A stretch of 64,000 nucleotides of DNA from an uncultured delta proteobacterium. Lineage in GTDB: Bacteria > Desulfobacterota > Binatia > DP-6. The notes beneath the pieces were generated by a model, which saw only the letters and a list, made by a program, of their open reading frames with translations, was not told the origin of the DNA and made no database searches. Shown here piece after piece: positions 50,125 through 60,232 of the stretch. The stretch covers positions 192,001-256,000 of the forward strand of contig CAWFFN010000005.1 of assembly GCA_963815115.1 (NCBI GenBank). The letters run 5' to 3'. Position 1 is the stretch's first letter. Every line of letters starts with the position of its first letter. The position numbers were made by a program, and so were the translations under genes.

Positions 50125-51360
50125 GTGATCTCCGTCGGCGAGGCGCTGCGTGCCGTGCTCGACGCGGCCCCGGTGCTGGGAGCGGAGCGCGTTCTCCTCT
50201 CGGCCGCCGCCGGACGCATCGCCGCCGAGGACGTGGTGTCCGGCCGCGCCGTCCCCGCCGCCGCCAACTCCGCCATGGACGGCTTCGCGGTGCGTGGCGA
50301 GGACGTGTGCAGCGCCCCCGCCACCCTCCGCCTCCTCGGCACCGCCCCGGCCGGAACGATACTCGACGCGGCGATCCTCCCGGGAACGGCCGCCAAGATC
50401 TTCACCGGCTCGGTCGTTCCCGAGGGCGCCGACACCGTGGTCCGGGTCGAGGACACCGAGGAGCGCGACGGCACCGTCGTGATCCGCGTGCCGGTGCGCG
50501 CGGGGGCCAACGTCCGCCTCGCCGGCGAGGACATCGAGCGCGGCGCCGCGGTGGTGCCGGCGGGCGGCGTGCTCGGCGCCGCCGACCTGGGCGTGCTGGC
50601 GTCCGTCGGCCGCGCCACCGTCGTCGTGCACCGCCGTCCCCGGGTGGCGATCCTCTCGACCGGCGCCGAGCTGGTCGAGGTCGACGAGAACCCCGGTCCC
50701 GGGCAGGTGGTGAACAGCAATGCCTACGCCCTCGCGGCCGCCGTCACCGAGGCGGGCGGCGAGCCGACGGTGCTGCCCATCGTGCGGGATCGCTTCGAGG
50801 ACATTCGCGAGCGGCTCGGGGAGGCTGCCGAGGCGGACGTGGTGCTGTCGACCGGCGGCGTGTCGGTGGGCGAGTTCGACTTCGTGAAGGAGGCGCTCGA
50901 CGCGCTCGGGGTGGAGCGACGCTTCTGGAAGGTGGCGCAGAAGCCGGGGAAGCCGCTCACCTTCGGCACGCGCGGCAGCCATCTCTTCTTCGGCCTCCCG
51001 GGCAATCCGGTCTCCGCGCTCGTGTGCTTCGCCGTCTACGTGCGGCCGGCGCTCCGGCGGCTGGGCGGCCATCGGCGGCTTCACCTGCCGGCAGTCGACG
51101 CGATGCTCGAGGCGCCGGTCAAGAAGGCGTCCAAGCTGACCGAGTTCGTGCGCGTCCGGCTCGATCGCGGCGCCGGAGGCTGGATCGCCCGGCCCTGGCC
51201 GTCGCAGAGCTCCGGGGTGCTCACGTCGCTGGGCGGAGGAGCGGGTCTGCTCGTCGGTCCGGCGTCGGCCGACGTCCTGGAGGCGGGCGCGCGCTATCCG
51301 GTGCTGGTGCCCTCGCCCGAGACGCTCGCCTGCGACGAGCCCCTCCCCGAGCTGGGGTGA
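50125..51360 (+). CDS. moeA: Molybdopterin molybdotransferase
   Basis: SAMDGFA, STGAEL, TGGVSVG, KPGKP and GLPGNP motifs. Confidence 0.95.
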   Translation: MISVGEALRAVLDAAPVLGAERVLLSAAAGRIAAEDVVSGRAVPAAANSAMDGFAVRGEDVCSAPATLRLLGTAPAGTILDAAILPGTAAKIFTGSVVPEGADTVVRVEDTEERDGTVVIRVPVRAGANVRLAGEDIERGAAVVPAGGVLGAADLGVLASVGRATVVVHRRPRVAILSTGAELVEVDENPGPGQVVNSNAYALAAAVTEAGGEPTVLPIVRDRFEDIRERLGEAAEADVVLSTGGVSVGEFDFVKEALDALGVERRFWKVAQKPGKPLTFGTRGSHLFFGLPGNPVSALVCFAVYVRPALRRLGGHRRLHLPAVDAMLEAPVKKASKLTEFVRVRLDRGAGGWIARPWPSQSSGVLTSLGGGAGLLVGPASADVLEAGARYPVLVPSPETLACDEPLPELG

Positions 51361-51376
51361 CGGCTGCGCGCCGCGC

Positions 51377-53368
51377 TCAGAGGCTCCGGCCGGCCACGTG
51401 CCCGTCGTAGATGGCGCGATCCGCGAAGCGGACCGCGACGGCGTCACCGATCCGGAGAAGCTCGGGCACGCGTCCCCGGAGCGACTCGTAGAGCGCGGTA
51501 TCGGGCACGCCGTGCGTGCGGATCACGACCGTGTCGACCTCGTGCACGATCTCCGGCCGCTGGCCGAGCACGTCGAGCAGGGTGACCTCGTGGTCGCCGA
51601 TCGCGGCGAGGGCGGTGTTCGGCCGCCAGCGCATTCCCGCGCGGACCGCCAGCGGCAGCGCCGCGGCCGCAGTCTCGGCGTCGAGCAGGACGGGCGCGGG
51701 CAGCGGCGTCGCGACCGTGACCTCGATGCCCATCGTGGCGAGCAGGTGGCCGAGCCCGATCGCCTCGATGTGCCCGACCGCGTCGAGGATGATCACCCGC
51801 CGGCCGAGCTCGCCGGCGTGAAGGAGGGCGCGCTCGTGGTCGGCGACCCAGTCGCGATCCGAGCCGGGCACCGGCATCGGGTGCGCCTTGGACGCGGCGT
51901 CGGTGCAGGCGATCCCGCCGGTCGCGACGACCACCGCGTCGGGCGCGAGCGTGAGCACGGCGTCGGCGGTCGCCGTGACGCCGAGCCGGATCTCGACGCC
52001 GCGCCGGGCGCATTCGGCCGCCCGCCAGTCGGCGAAGTCGCCGATCTCGGCACGGCCGGGCAGCCGCTCGGCGAGGCGGATCTTGCCGCCGAGACGATCG
52101 TGCTGCTCGAGCAGGGTCACCCGGTGCCCACGCGCGGCTGCGACCCACGCCGCCTCGAGGCCGGCGGGACCACCGCCGACGACCACGATCCGCTTCCGCC
52201 GCGCCGCCGGCGTGAGCGTGGCCGCGCCCAGCACGTCCTCGCGCCCGACCTCGGGGTTGGTCACGCAGGTGACGGGCAGGCCCTGGAGCAGGTTGCCGTA
52301 GCAGCCCTGGTTCGTGCCGGTGCACCTGCGGATGGTCACGGCCGCGCCCGCCCGCGCCTTGGCGGGCCACTCGGGATCGGCGATGAGCGCCCGCACGAGC
52401 GTCACCGCATCGGCGTCGGCACGGACGAGGATGCCCTCGGCCTCCTCGGGAAGCAGGATGCGGTGCACCGCGAACACCGGCGTGCGGCGGAGCGCGCGCT
52501 TGACGGTCGCGGCGGCGTACACGCCGAGCCCGTGCGGCGCGTACATCGGTCGCACCATGCCGGCGCCCGAGATGCCGACGCTGACGTCGAGGAAGTCGAC
52601 CAGACCGAGGGCTTCGAGACGCGCGCCGATCTCGGCCGCGTCCCGGGGGGTGAGGCCGCTCCCGTCGCGCTGCTCCTCATCGCCGACCAGGCGGAGGCCC
52701 ACGGCGACCCCGCTGCCGGCGGCGGAGCGCACGGCCTCGAGCACCTCGACACAGAAGCGCATGCGGTTCTCGAGGGAGCCGCCGTACTCGTCGTTCCGCC
52801 GGTTGCTGCGCGGCGAGAGGAATTCGTGGATCAGGTAGCCATGCGCGCCGTGAATCTCGATGCCCTCGAAGCCGCCCGCGACGGCGTTGCGGGCGGAGCG
52901 GGCGAAGTGCTCGACGAGCTCGCGGATCTCGTGCGTCTCGAGCGCCTTGGGCGGCTCCAGGTGGTTGGCGACTCCCGAGGCGGCCCACACCGGCAGCTTC
53001 GACCACGTGCCGCGGTTCACTCCGCCGTTGTGGGCGAGCTGGAGGAAGGCGAGGGCGCCGTGTGACCGGATCGGTGCGGTCACCCGCTCGAAGTGCGGAA
53101 TCGCGGCCTCGTCCCACGCGATCGCGTTGTTGAGCATCTGGTAGGCGGTGCTCGGATGCACCTGGGCCTGGCCGGCGATGATCACGCCCGCGCCGCCGCG
53201 GGCGCGCTCGCCGAGGTAGCGACCGTAGCGCTCGCCGAAGAAGCCCGGCTCGCCCCACGTGCCGCTCGGCTCGGTGAACATCGTGAAGTGGGCGCCGCAG
53301 ACGATGCGGTTGCGCGACTCGAGTGGCCCGATGCGCAGCGGCGAGAAGAGGTGCGGGTAGCTCGTCAC
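51377..53368 (-). CDS. NADH:flavin oxidoreductase (OYE/FadH-like)
   Basis: HGAHGYL..FLSP..N.R.DEYGGS and VVGGGPAGLE motifs. Confidence 0.9.
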   Translation of the reverse strand: MTSYPHLFSPLRIGPLESRNRIVCGAHFTMFTEPSGTWGEPGFFGERYGRYLGERARGGAGVIIAGQAQVHPSTAYQMLNNAIAWDEAAIPHFERVTAPIRSHGALAFLQLAHNGGVNRGTWSKLPVWAASGVANHLEPPKALETHEIRELVEHFARSARNAVAGGFEGIEIHGAHGYLIHEFLSPRSNRRNDEYGGSLENRMRFCVEVLEAVRSAAGSGVAVGLRLVGDEEQRDGSGLTPRDAAEIGARLEALGLVDFLDVSVGISGAGMVRPMYAPHGLGVYAAATVKRALRRTPVFAVHRILLPEEAEGILVRADADAVTLVRALIADPEWPAKARAGAAVTIRRCTGTNQGCYGNLLQGLPVTCVTNPEVGREDVLGAATLTPAARRKRIVVVGGGPAGLEAAWVAAARGHRVTLLEQHDRLGGKIRLAERLPGRAEIGDFADWRAAECARRGVEIRLGVTATADAVLTLAPDAVVVATGGIACTDAASKAHPMPVPGSDRDWVADHERALLHAGELGRRVIILDAVGHIEAIGLGHLLATMGIEVTVATPLPAPVLLDAETAAAALPLAVRAGMRWRPNTALAAIGDHEVTLLDVLGQRPEIVHEVDTVVIRTHGVPDTALYESLRGRVPELLRIGDAVAVRFADRAIYDGHVAGRSL

Positions 53369-54882
53369 GGTTGCTGCGGCGCGGGGGCGCCGCACTCCGG
53401 GGTCGTTGCCGCAGGGTCGCACAGGTCGACGCGGGCGATGCGTGGCGACGCCGCTTCCCGGGGGCCGTAGATCACGGAGACACGCACGCGTGCGGCGCGC
53501 GTCTGACCCCCGCGCGAGACGACACCCTTGAAGGTGGCCGTGGTGTCCGATTCGGCGACGGGAGGCTCCCAGCTCGGCTGCAGCACGAACAGGTCGCAGA
53601 ACTCGCCGGGATCGACGTCCTCGCGCGCGCCGGGGGAAAAGACGCGATCGTAGATGGCGAGCGGGGCGGTGGTGAGCGGCACGAGCGGACGCCGCCCGAA
53701 CCACGCGTCGGCCAGCGACCGGGCCAGGCGGCACGGGGCCGAGGCGTCGCAGCTTCCCCAGCGGAAGCCCGATTGCACGGCGGCGCGCACGTCCTCGTCG
53801 GTCAGGCAGCCGTCGAGGTGGGCCTGGCTGCGGTCGGGGTCGTAGCCCGTCTCCCGCATGGCGGCGAGGACCACCGCCGTCTCGTCGCCGGGATTCAGTC
53901 CGACCGACGTACGCAGGAAGCGCCGCAGGCGCCGGCAGCTCTTCACCTTGTCGACGTCGTTGCTCTCCCGCATCTCGTCCAGGAAGAAGCTGATCTTGCC
54001 GCGCATGGCCGACGGCTCGACGAGCACCAGGTTGGGATCGTAGAGGCGGTTGCGGCGGTCGACGCGGATCACGGCGAAGGTGGGGTCGGTGTCGCTCAGG
54101 ACCTGCTTCGCGTCCAGCAGGCGGTCGTGGTCGGCGTCGAAGCGCGCGAGGTCGGTGGCGGGCACCAGCTCGATCCGGTCGATCTCCCACAGGGGCCGAT
54201 CGAGCTTGCCGTCGCGCTTGATGGTGACGTCGCGCGGCTTGGCGCCGGCACGCGCGAGCTGCCAGAACTGCGACGCGACACCGACGGCCGCCCCGCCTCC
54301 GGGCACCACCGTCGAGACCGGCAGCGAGGCCGCCGATCCGACGGTCTTGGCGGCGTCCACGAGCTTGGTCTCGTTCTCCTCCGAGGTCTCGACCAGGCTC
54401 GCCTGGAGGGTGAGCTGGTCGCCTTCCTGGAGGCGCATCGGCGGCGCGAGCGCTTGCCCTTCCTTGAGCTCGTGGGTGACGGCGCCGGACGCGGTCTTGA
54501 GCGTGGCGAGCGGCAGGGCGCCGACCGCCTGGCCGTTCAGCTGCGCACCCACGGTCAGGATGACGCTGGTCGAGCGGTCCACGAAATACGATCCCACCGA
54601 CTGCCAGAAGGCGCTGCGTTGCGGGCGCCCGATGTGAACGCGGGTGGCGACGAGCTGCAGGTACTCGTCGGGACTGAACTGCGCACCGGCGGCCGGGACC
54701 GTGCGCGCGATGAGCTCGGGCGCCTCGGTCGGCGGAGGCGGCTGCTCCGCGTGCCGAGGGCAACCGCTCGCGAGGGCCGCCACGACGACCAGACACGCCA
54801 CCGTCCCCAGCCTGCGCGCGCGCTGCACGCGTGGAATACTAGCGATCGGATCCGTGGCGGGCGAGGGCAGGCCGGTGGACAC
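53365..54882 (-). CDS. Hypothetical lipoprotein (start uncertain)
   Basis: Long ORF with host-like codon use; LASGC lipobox-like sequence. Confidence 0.65.
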   Translation of the reverse strand: MSTGLPSPATDPIASIPRVQRARRLGTVACLVVVAALASGCPRHAEQPPPPTEAPELIARTVPAAGAQFSPDEYLQLVATRVHIGRPQRSAFWQSVGSYFVDRSTSVILTVGAQLNGQAVGALPLATLKTASGAVTHELKEGQALAPPMRLQEGDQLTLQASLVETSEENETKLVDAAKTVGSAASLPVSTVVPGGGAAVGVASQFWQLARAGAKPRDVTIKRDGKLDRPLWEIDRIELVPATDLARFDADHDRLLDAKQVLSDTDPTFAVIRVDRRNRLYDPNLVLVEPSAMRGKISFFLDEMRESNDVDKVKSCRRLRRFLRTSVGLNPGDETAVVLAAMRETGYDPDRSQAHLDGCLTDEDVRAAVQSGFRWGSCDASAPCRLARSLADAWFGRRPLVPLTTAPLAIYDRVFSPGAREDVDPGEFCDLFVLQPSWEPPVAESDTTATFKGVVSRGGQTRAARVRVSVIYGPREAASPRIARVDLCDPAATTPECGAPAPQQP

Positions 54883-54926
54883 GATACCCGTTTCGGTAGG
54901 ATGAAGGGGCGACCCCTCGGGTGGTC

Positions 54927-55766
54927 ATGCGCGGACGCGCCTATTTCCGGGACGACCGGGTGCTCTACGTCGGGCCCGACCTCCCCTCGGTCCTGCACGC
55001 GCACCACGCTGCTCAGGTGTGCGTCTCGCTGTCCGGGCCCCTCCGCATCCGGTCGGCGCCGTCCGCGAGATGGCTGCGCTGCGACGGGGCCATCATCCCG
55101 CCCGACGTCCCGCACGAGACCGATCCCCCGGTGGCGCTGATCGCGACGTTCTGGCTCGACGCCGACGCGCCGGAGGCGAGAAGCATGGTGCCGCCACACG
55201 CGCGCGATGCGATCCGTGCGCTCGACCGGTCGCGCGTCCGCGCGCTCGTTCCAAGCCTGCGTCGATGCTGGCAGGAGCGCTTCGACGGCACGCGCGCCGC
55301 GGGTGTGCTCGCAGACACGATGCGGCTGCTCGTACCGTCCCCCGACTCGCACGCCACGCTCGACCCGCGGGTCGCCCGCGCGCGTGACCTCCTGCGTGCG
55401 GCACCGGAGCGCCGCCTCGCGATCGGCGGCGTGGCGGCGGCGGTGTCCCTCTCGCCGAGCCGCCTTGCCTGTCTGTTCCGGTCTCAGCTGGGAGTGCCCG
55501 TTCGCCGGTACCTCCTCTGGCTCCGCCTGCGCGACGCGGTGCAGGAGATGACGCGCGGAGCGACCATCACCCAGGCCGCGCACGCCGCAGGCTTCGCGGA
55601 CACCCCGCACCTCGATCGCACGTTCCGCCGCATGCTCGGCTTCACGCCCTCGGCCGCGCTGCACGTCAGTGAGTTCGTTCAAGACGCACCCGGCCCGCTC
55701 GCCTATGATCGCCGCCGAACGGGAGGTGCAGCGTCATGGTCCATCGAGCGAATGCCCCGCGAGTGA
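54927..55766 (+). CDS. AraC family transcriptional regulator
   Basis: HAHHAAQ, LSPSRL..LF and GFADTPHL motifs. Confidence 0.9.
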   Translation: MRGRAYFRDDRVLYVGPDLPSVLHAHHAAQVCVSLSGPLRIRSAPSARWLRCDGAIIPPDVPHETDPPVALIATFWLDADAPEARSMVPPHARDAIRALDRSRVRALVPSLRRCWQERFDGTRAAGVLADTMRLLVPSPDSHATLDPRVARARDLLRAAPERRLAIGGVAAAVSLSPSRLACLFRSQLGVPVRRYLLWLRLRDAVQEMTRGATITQAAHAAGFADTPHLDRTFRRMLGFTPSAALHVSEFVQDAPGPLAYDRRRTGGAASWSIERMPRE

Positions 55767-56235
55767 TCGCCGGGCCGTCGTGGCGTGGAGCAGCGTCATC
55801 GTCGTCGTGTTGATCGGCAGGTCCGTGGTGCCGGAAGGACCCCTGCGCGACGGCGTGCTGCGGGGGATTCTCCTCCTCATGGCCGCGGGTGAGGCGGCCG
55901 CGGGCGTCCTGCAGGTGTTCGGGGCCCGACAGGCTGCAACGATGGCCGGCCGGACGTACTCGGCGAGCTATCACGGGCTCGTGCAGGACTTCGGATTCTA
56001 CAACCTGGCCATGGCCACGCTGTTCGTGCTGGGCGCCGTCGATCCGGCGCGCAACCGGGTCGTCCTTCCCGTCGCCATGCTGCTCTACGCCGTGCACGGC
56101 GGCACCCACCTGCTCCGCGCGTTCGGGATCTACTACGGTGGCGAGACGACCATCCCGACACGTCCGTCGGCGTACGAGATGCGGGACGGCCTTCCCCTCG
56201 TGGCCGCGGTCGTCGGTCTGCTGCTCTTCGGCTGA
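55736..56235 (+). CDS. Small integral membrane protein (probable frameshift near 55773)
   Basis: GGAGG RBS before ATG 55736; hydrophobic frame ending 56235 (QDFGFYNLA, HGGTH). Confidence 0.6.
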
Positions 56236-56416
56236 CGGCTCGGTGCGGAGCCGCCCCTCCGGAGGCACGGCGAAGAACGGACGAAAGGTCGAAGCTCGGG
56301 GGCTACCCAGGCCTGAGCGCGAAAGGCCCTTCACGCTTCCCATCCCGATCTATACATGCCGGCGCGGATCCATTAGGCGTGGATCCGTGCAAAGAGAACG
56401 GGCTGCCATCACCGCC

Positions 56417-57670
56417 ATGCCCCAGCGCGACGGCCACGCGCCGCCGCCGCCGATCCTCAAGTCGGCCAAGCTCGCCAGCGTCTGCTACGACATTCGCGGT
56501 CCGGTGCTGGCCCGCGCCAAGCAGATGGAGGAGGAAGGCCACCGCATCATCAAGCTCAACATCGGCAACCCTGCGCCGTTCGGGTTCGAGGCCCCCGAGG
56601 AGATCGTGCAGGACGTGATCCGCAACCTGCCCCAGGCCTCGGGCTACTGCGACTCGAAGGGCCTGTTCGCCGCGCGCAAGGCGATCATGCACTACACGCA
56701 GCAGAAGCACGTTCGCGGCGTGACCGTCGAGGACATCTACGTCGGCAACGGCGCCTCGGAGCTCATCGTCATGTCGATGCAGGCCCTCCTCGACGCCAGC
56801 GACGAGGTGCTGATCCCGGCGCCCGACTACCCGCTGTGGACCGCCGCCGTGAGCCTCTCGGGCGGAACGCCCCGGCACTACCTGTGCGACGAGCAGGCGG
56901 ACTGGCTTCCCGACCTCGCCGACCTGCGCGCCAAGATCTCACCGCGCACGCGCGCCCTGGTGGTGATCAATCCCAACAACCCGACCGGCGCGCTCTATCC
57001 CGAGGACCTGCTCGCCGACCTGCTCGCGATCGCGCGCGAGCATCGCTTGATCGTCTTCGCCGACGAGATCTACGACAAGGTGCTCTACGACGGTGCGCAG
57101 CACACGGCGATCGCGTCGCTCGCCGACGACGTGCTCATCGTGACGTTCGGCGGCCTGTCGAAGAACTACCGCGCCTGTGGCTTCCGCGCCGGGTGGATGA
57201 TCGTCTCGGGCGAGCGCTCGCACGCCCGGGATTACGTCGAAGGCCTGGACATGCTGGCCTCGATGCGCCTGTGCGCCAACGTTCCGGCGCAGTATGGCAT
57301 CCAGACCGCGCTCGGCGGCCACCAGAGCATCGAGGACCTGGTGCTGCCGACCGGGCGGCTCGGCAAGCAGCGCGATCTCGCGCACGATCTGCTCACCCGC
57401 ATCCCGGGTGTGAGCTGCGTGAAGCCCAAGGCGGCCATGTATCTCTTCCCGCGGCTCGATCCGCAGCGCTATCCCATCCCCGACGATCAGGAATTCGTCC
57501 TCGAGCTGCTGCAGGAGGAGAAGGTCCTCGTGGTCCAGGGCACCGGCTTCAACTGGCCGGAGACCGATCACTTCCGGGTCGTGTTCCTGCCCGACGCGGA
57601 CCTGCTCACCGACGCGATCGGCCGCATCGCGCACTTCCTCGATCGCTATCACCGGCGGCACGCCGCGTGA
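56417..57670 (+). CDS. alaA: Alanine aminotransferase (AlaA/AlaT)
   Basis: YDIRGP, KLNIGNPA, DEIYDK and GLSKNYR..GFR motifs. Confidence 0.92.
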   Translation: MPQRDGHAPPPPILKSAKLASVCYDIRGPVLARAKQMEEEGHRIIKLNIGNPAPFGFEAPEEIVQDVIRNLPQASGYCDSKGLFAARKAIMHYTQQKHVRGVTVEDIYVGNGASELIVMSMQALLDASDEVLIPAPDYPLWTAAVSLSGGTPRHYLCDEQADWLPDLADLRAKISPRTRALVVINPNNPTGALYPEDLLADLLAIAREHRLIVFADEIYDKVLYDGAQHTAIASLADDVLIVTFGGLSKNYRACGFRAGWMIVSGERSHARDYVEGLDMLASMRLCANVPAQYGIQTALGGHQSIEDLVLPTGRLGKQRDLAHDLLTRIPGVSCVKPKAAMYLFPRLDPQRYPIPDDQEFVLELLQEEKVLVVQGTGFNWPETDHFRVVFLPDADLLTDAIGRIAHFLDRYHRRHAA

Positions 57671-57724
57671 TCGGCGCGGCGCGAGTTTCGCCGCAGGGGC
57701 GAAGCGGGTAGAGACCGCCGGGCG

Positions 57725-58483
57725 ATGAGCGAGTCACCGTCGGCGTCTGCGGCGAGCCGCGTCGGACCGGCCGAGGAGCCGCGTTCGCTGCGCGTCGCGC
57801 TCTCGCCGTACGTCTTCCGCGGCATGCTGGTCGGGATGGGCGCCGCCGCCGTGGCCATGCACCGCGTCACCGGGAACCAGCGCCTGACCTGGAACTTCGC
57901 CAAGGCGCGCGCCCGCACCCTCGAGCGCATGCTCGGCGTGCGCGTGCAGATGACCGGGCGCGAGCACGTCGCGACGGGCGGCCCGTTCGTGTTCACGCCG
58001 AATCATCAGAGCCACCTCGACATCCTCGCGCTGCTCGGCCACTTGCCCGGTGCGACGCGCTTCGTCGCGAAACAGAGCCTGTGGCGGCACGCGGTCGTGG
58101 GCGCGGTGCTCGACTCGCTGGGCATGGTGCCCATCGATCGCGAGAGCTCGGCGGAGGCCGTCGCCGTGCTCGATCGCGTGCGCGACGAGGGACAATCGTT
58201 CGTGGTCTTTCCGGAGGGCACGCGCAGCCGCGATGGACGCCTGAACGAGTTCAAGAAGGGCGCGTTCGTGCTCGCCATCCGCCTCGGCCTGCCGGTGGTG
58301 CCGGTGGTGTGCCGCGGGACGCGACGACTGATGCCGCGAGGCAGCCGGCTCACCGTGATCCCCGGCGAGGTCGAGGTGGTCGTCGAGCGACCGATCCCCA
58401 CCGCGGGACTGCGCTTCGAGGACCGCGACGATCTGGCGGCGCAGGTGCGGGAGGCCATGCTGCGGCATCACACGGGGTGGTGA
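57725..58483 (+). CDS. plsC: 1-acyl-sn-glycerol-3-phosphate acyltransferase
   Basis: NHQSHLD, FPEGTRS and FKKG motifs. Confidence 0.88.
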   Translation: MSESPSASAASRVGPAEEPRSLRVALSPYVFRGMLVGMGAAAVAMHRVTGNQRLTWNFAKARARTLERMLGVRVQMTGREHVATGGPFVFTPNHQSHLDILALLGHLPGATRFVAKQSLWRHAVVGAVLDSLGMVPIDRESSAEAVAVLDRVRDEGQSFVVFPEGTRSRDGRLNEFKKGAFVLAIRLGLPVVPVVCRGTRRLMPRGSRLTVIPGEVEVVVERPIPTAGLRFEDRDDLAAQVREAMLRHHTGW

Positions 58484-58484
58484 C

Positions 58485-59531
58485 GTGACGGACACGATGA
58501 GTGCCGCGTTCTGCCGCGGCCCGGGCACGGTCGTCCTCGACGAGGTCGCACGCCCTGCGCCGGGACCCGACGACGTCGTCGTCGCGGTGCGGAGTTGCGG
58601 CATCTGCGGGACCGACCTGCACTGGTACCACGACACGATGATGATTCCCGCCGTCTGCCCCGGGCACGAGATCGCAGGCGAGGTCGCCGAGGTGGGCTCG
58701 GCGGTGCGCGGGTTGCGAGCTGGCGATCGCGTGGCGCTCGAGGGCATCGCCTCGTGCGGGAGCTGCCGGTCGTGCGCCGCCGGCAACTACCACCTCTGTC
58801 CGTCGCTCGGGGTCGTCGGGATCACCATCCCGGGCGGCTTCGCCGAGCGTGTCCGGATCCCCGCTCGACATTGCTTCCCGATCCCGCGCGACATCGATTT
58901 CCCGACCGCGGCGCTCTCGGAGCCGCTGGCCGTCGCCGTGCATGGAGCGCGCATCGGCGGACTGTCGCTGGGCCAACGCGTCGTCGTCCTGGGTGCGGGC
59001 ACGATCGGGCTCGCCGCGGTGATCGCGGCGCGGGCAGGCGGCGCGGGCGAGATCCTGGTGACGGCGCGCCGGCCGCAGCAGCGCGCGGCCGCGCTCGCCC
59101 TCGGCGCCGATCGCGTCTTCGACGACGCCGACGAGTCGGCGCTGCGCGAAGCGGCGCAGGAGTCGCCCGTCGATCTCGTGCTCGAGACCGTCGGCGGGAT
59201 GGCCGATACCCTCGAGGCCGCGGTCGGCGTGTGCCGGCCAGGTGGGACGATCTGCGTGGTCGGCGTGTACACCAAGCCGATCGTGTTCCCGTCGATCTTC
59301 ATGATCGCGAAGGAGCTGCGCCTGCAGGGCTCGATGGTCTACAACCGCTCCGGCGCGCGCGCCGATTTCGAGATCGTCGAGGACATCCTGGCGCGCCGGG
59401 GAGCGCAGATCGGGGAGACGCTCGTCACGCACCGCTTCCCGCTGGCCGACATCGCCGCGGCCTTCCGGACGGCAGACGACAAGGGGACCGGCTCGATCAA
59501 GGTCACCGTGACGGCCGACGCGGCGCGATGA
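58485..59531 (+). CDS. Zinc-dependent alcohol dehydrogenase
   Basis: CGTD, GHE, CGSCRSC..C and GAGTIG motifs. Confidence 0.92.
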   Translation: MTDTMSAAFCRGPGTVVLDEVARPAPGPDDVVVAVRSCGICGTDLHWYHDTMMIPAVCPGHEIAGEVAEVGSAVRGLRAGDRVALEGIASCGSCRSCAAGNYHLCPSLGVVGITIPGGFAERVRIPARHCFPIPRDIDFPTAALSEPLAVAVHGARIGGLSLGQRVVVLGAGTIGLAAVIAARAGGAGEILVTARRPQQRAAALALGADRVFDDADESALREAAQESPVDLVLETVGGMADTLEAAVGVCRPGGTICVVGVYTKPIVFPSIFMIAKELRLQGSMVYNRSGARADFEIVEDILARRGAQIGETLVTHRFPLADIAAAFRTADDKGTGSIKVTVTADAAR

Positions 59532-59995
59532 GCCTCCCGATCCAGCGTCTCAGCCACGTCGGCATCTGCGTCTCCGACCTCGAGCGCTCGCTGCGCTTCT
59601 ACCGCGATCTGCTCGGCTTCTCCGCCGAGCACGAGCTGGAGGTCGGAGGAGAGCCGACCGACACGTTACTGCGGCTGCGCGGCACGAAGCTGCGGGCGCT
59701 CTACCTGGCCCGGGACGGCGTGCGGATCGAGCTGCTGCACTTCGCGAGCCCGCCGGCGCCGCCGGCCCGGGGGCGCGTGATGAACGAGTCCGGTCTCACC
59801 CACCTCTCGTTCCGCGTCGCCGACCTCGATGGGATGCTGGCGGCGCTGCGGACGGCCGGGGTGCGCGTGCTCGAGGACACGGTCTTGCGCTTCCCCGAGT
59901 TCCGGTCCGCCGCCTGCTTCATCGCCGATCCCGACGGCCAGCTGATCGAGCTCGTGCAGGCGCCGGGCGATCCGGCGGCGCCGCCCCGAGCGTAG
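59528..59995 (+). CDS. VOC/glyoxalase family protein
   Basis: HVGICVSDLERSLRFY and DPDGQLIEL motifs. Confidence 0.9.
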   Translation: MSLPIQRLSHVGICVSDLERSLRFYRDLLGFSAEHELEVGGEPTDTLLRLRGTKLRALYLARDGVRIELLHFASPPAPPARGRVMNESGLTHLSFRVADLDGMLAALRTAGVRVLEDTVLRFPEFRSAACFIADPDGQLIELVQAPGDPAAPPRA

Positions 59996-59998
59996 TAT

Positions 59999-60232
59999 CC
60001 GACCCGAGACTGCGTCTCGGGTCGGGACGGAGAGCGAGCGTGCGGCTCGATGAACGGTGCGGGTGTCGTGCCGCGGCCGGCGAAGCCGGCGCGGCAGACG
60101 TGACCGAGCACGAGCCCGTGGCGCCGCCGGACGGCTTGGGCCGAGGCCCGGGGTCGTGCCGCGGCGTCCGCCCGAGTCACCGGACGCTACACGCTCGCCT
60201 CCGCTATCGACCCGAGACGAAGTCTCGGATCG
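59999..60232 (+). repeat. Structured dispersed repeat copy 2, palindrome at both ends
   Basis: ccgacccgagac-tgc-gtctcgggtcgg (59999-60025) and cgacccgagac-gaa-gtctcggatcg (60208-60232). Confidence 0.85.

Noticed and set aside
60040-60100. Hammerhead ribozyme within the repeat (CTCGATGA)
   Set aside because: Not CUGAUGA and no correctly placed GAAA core
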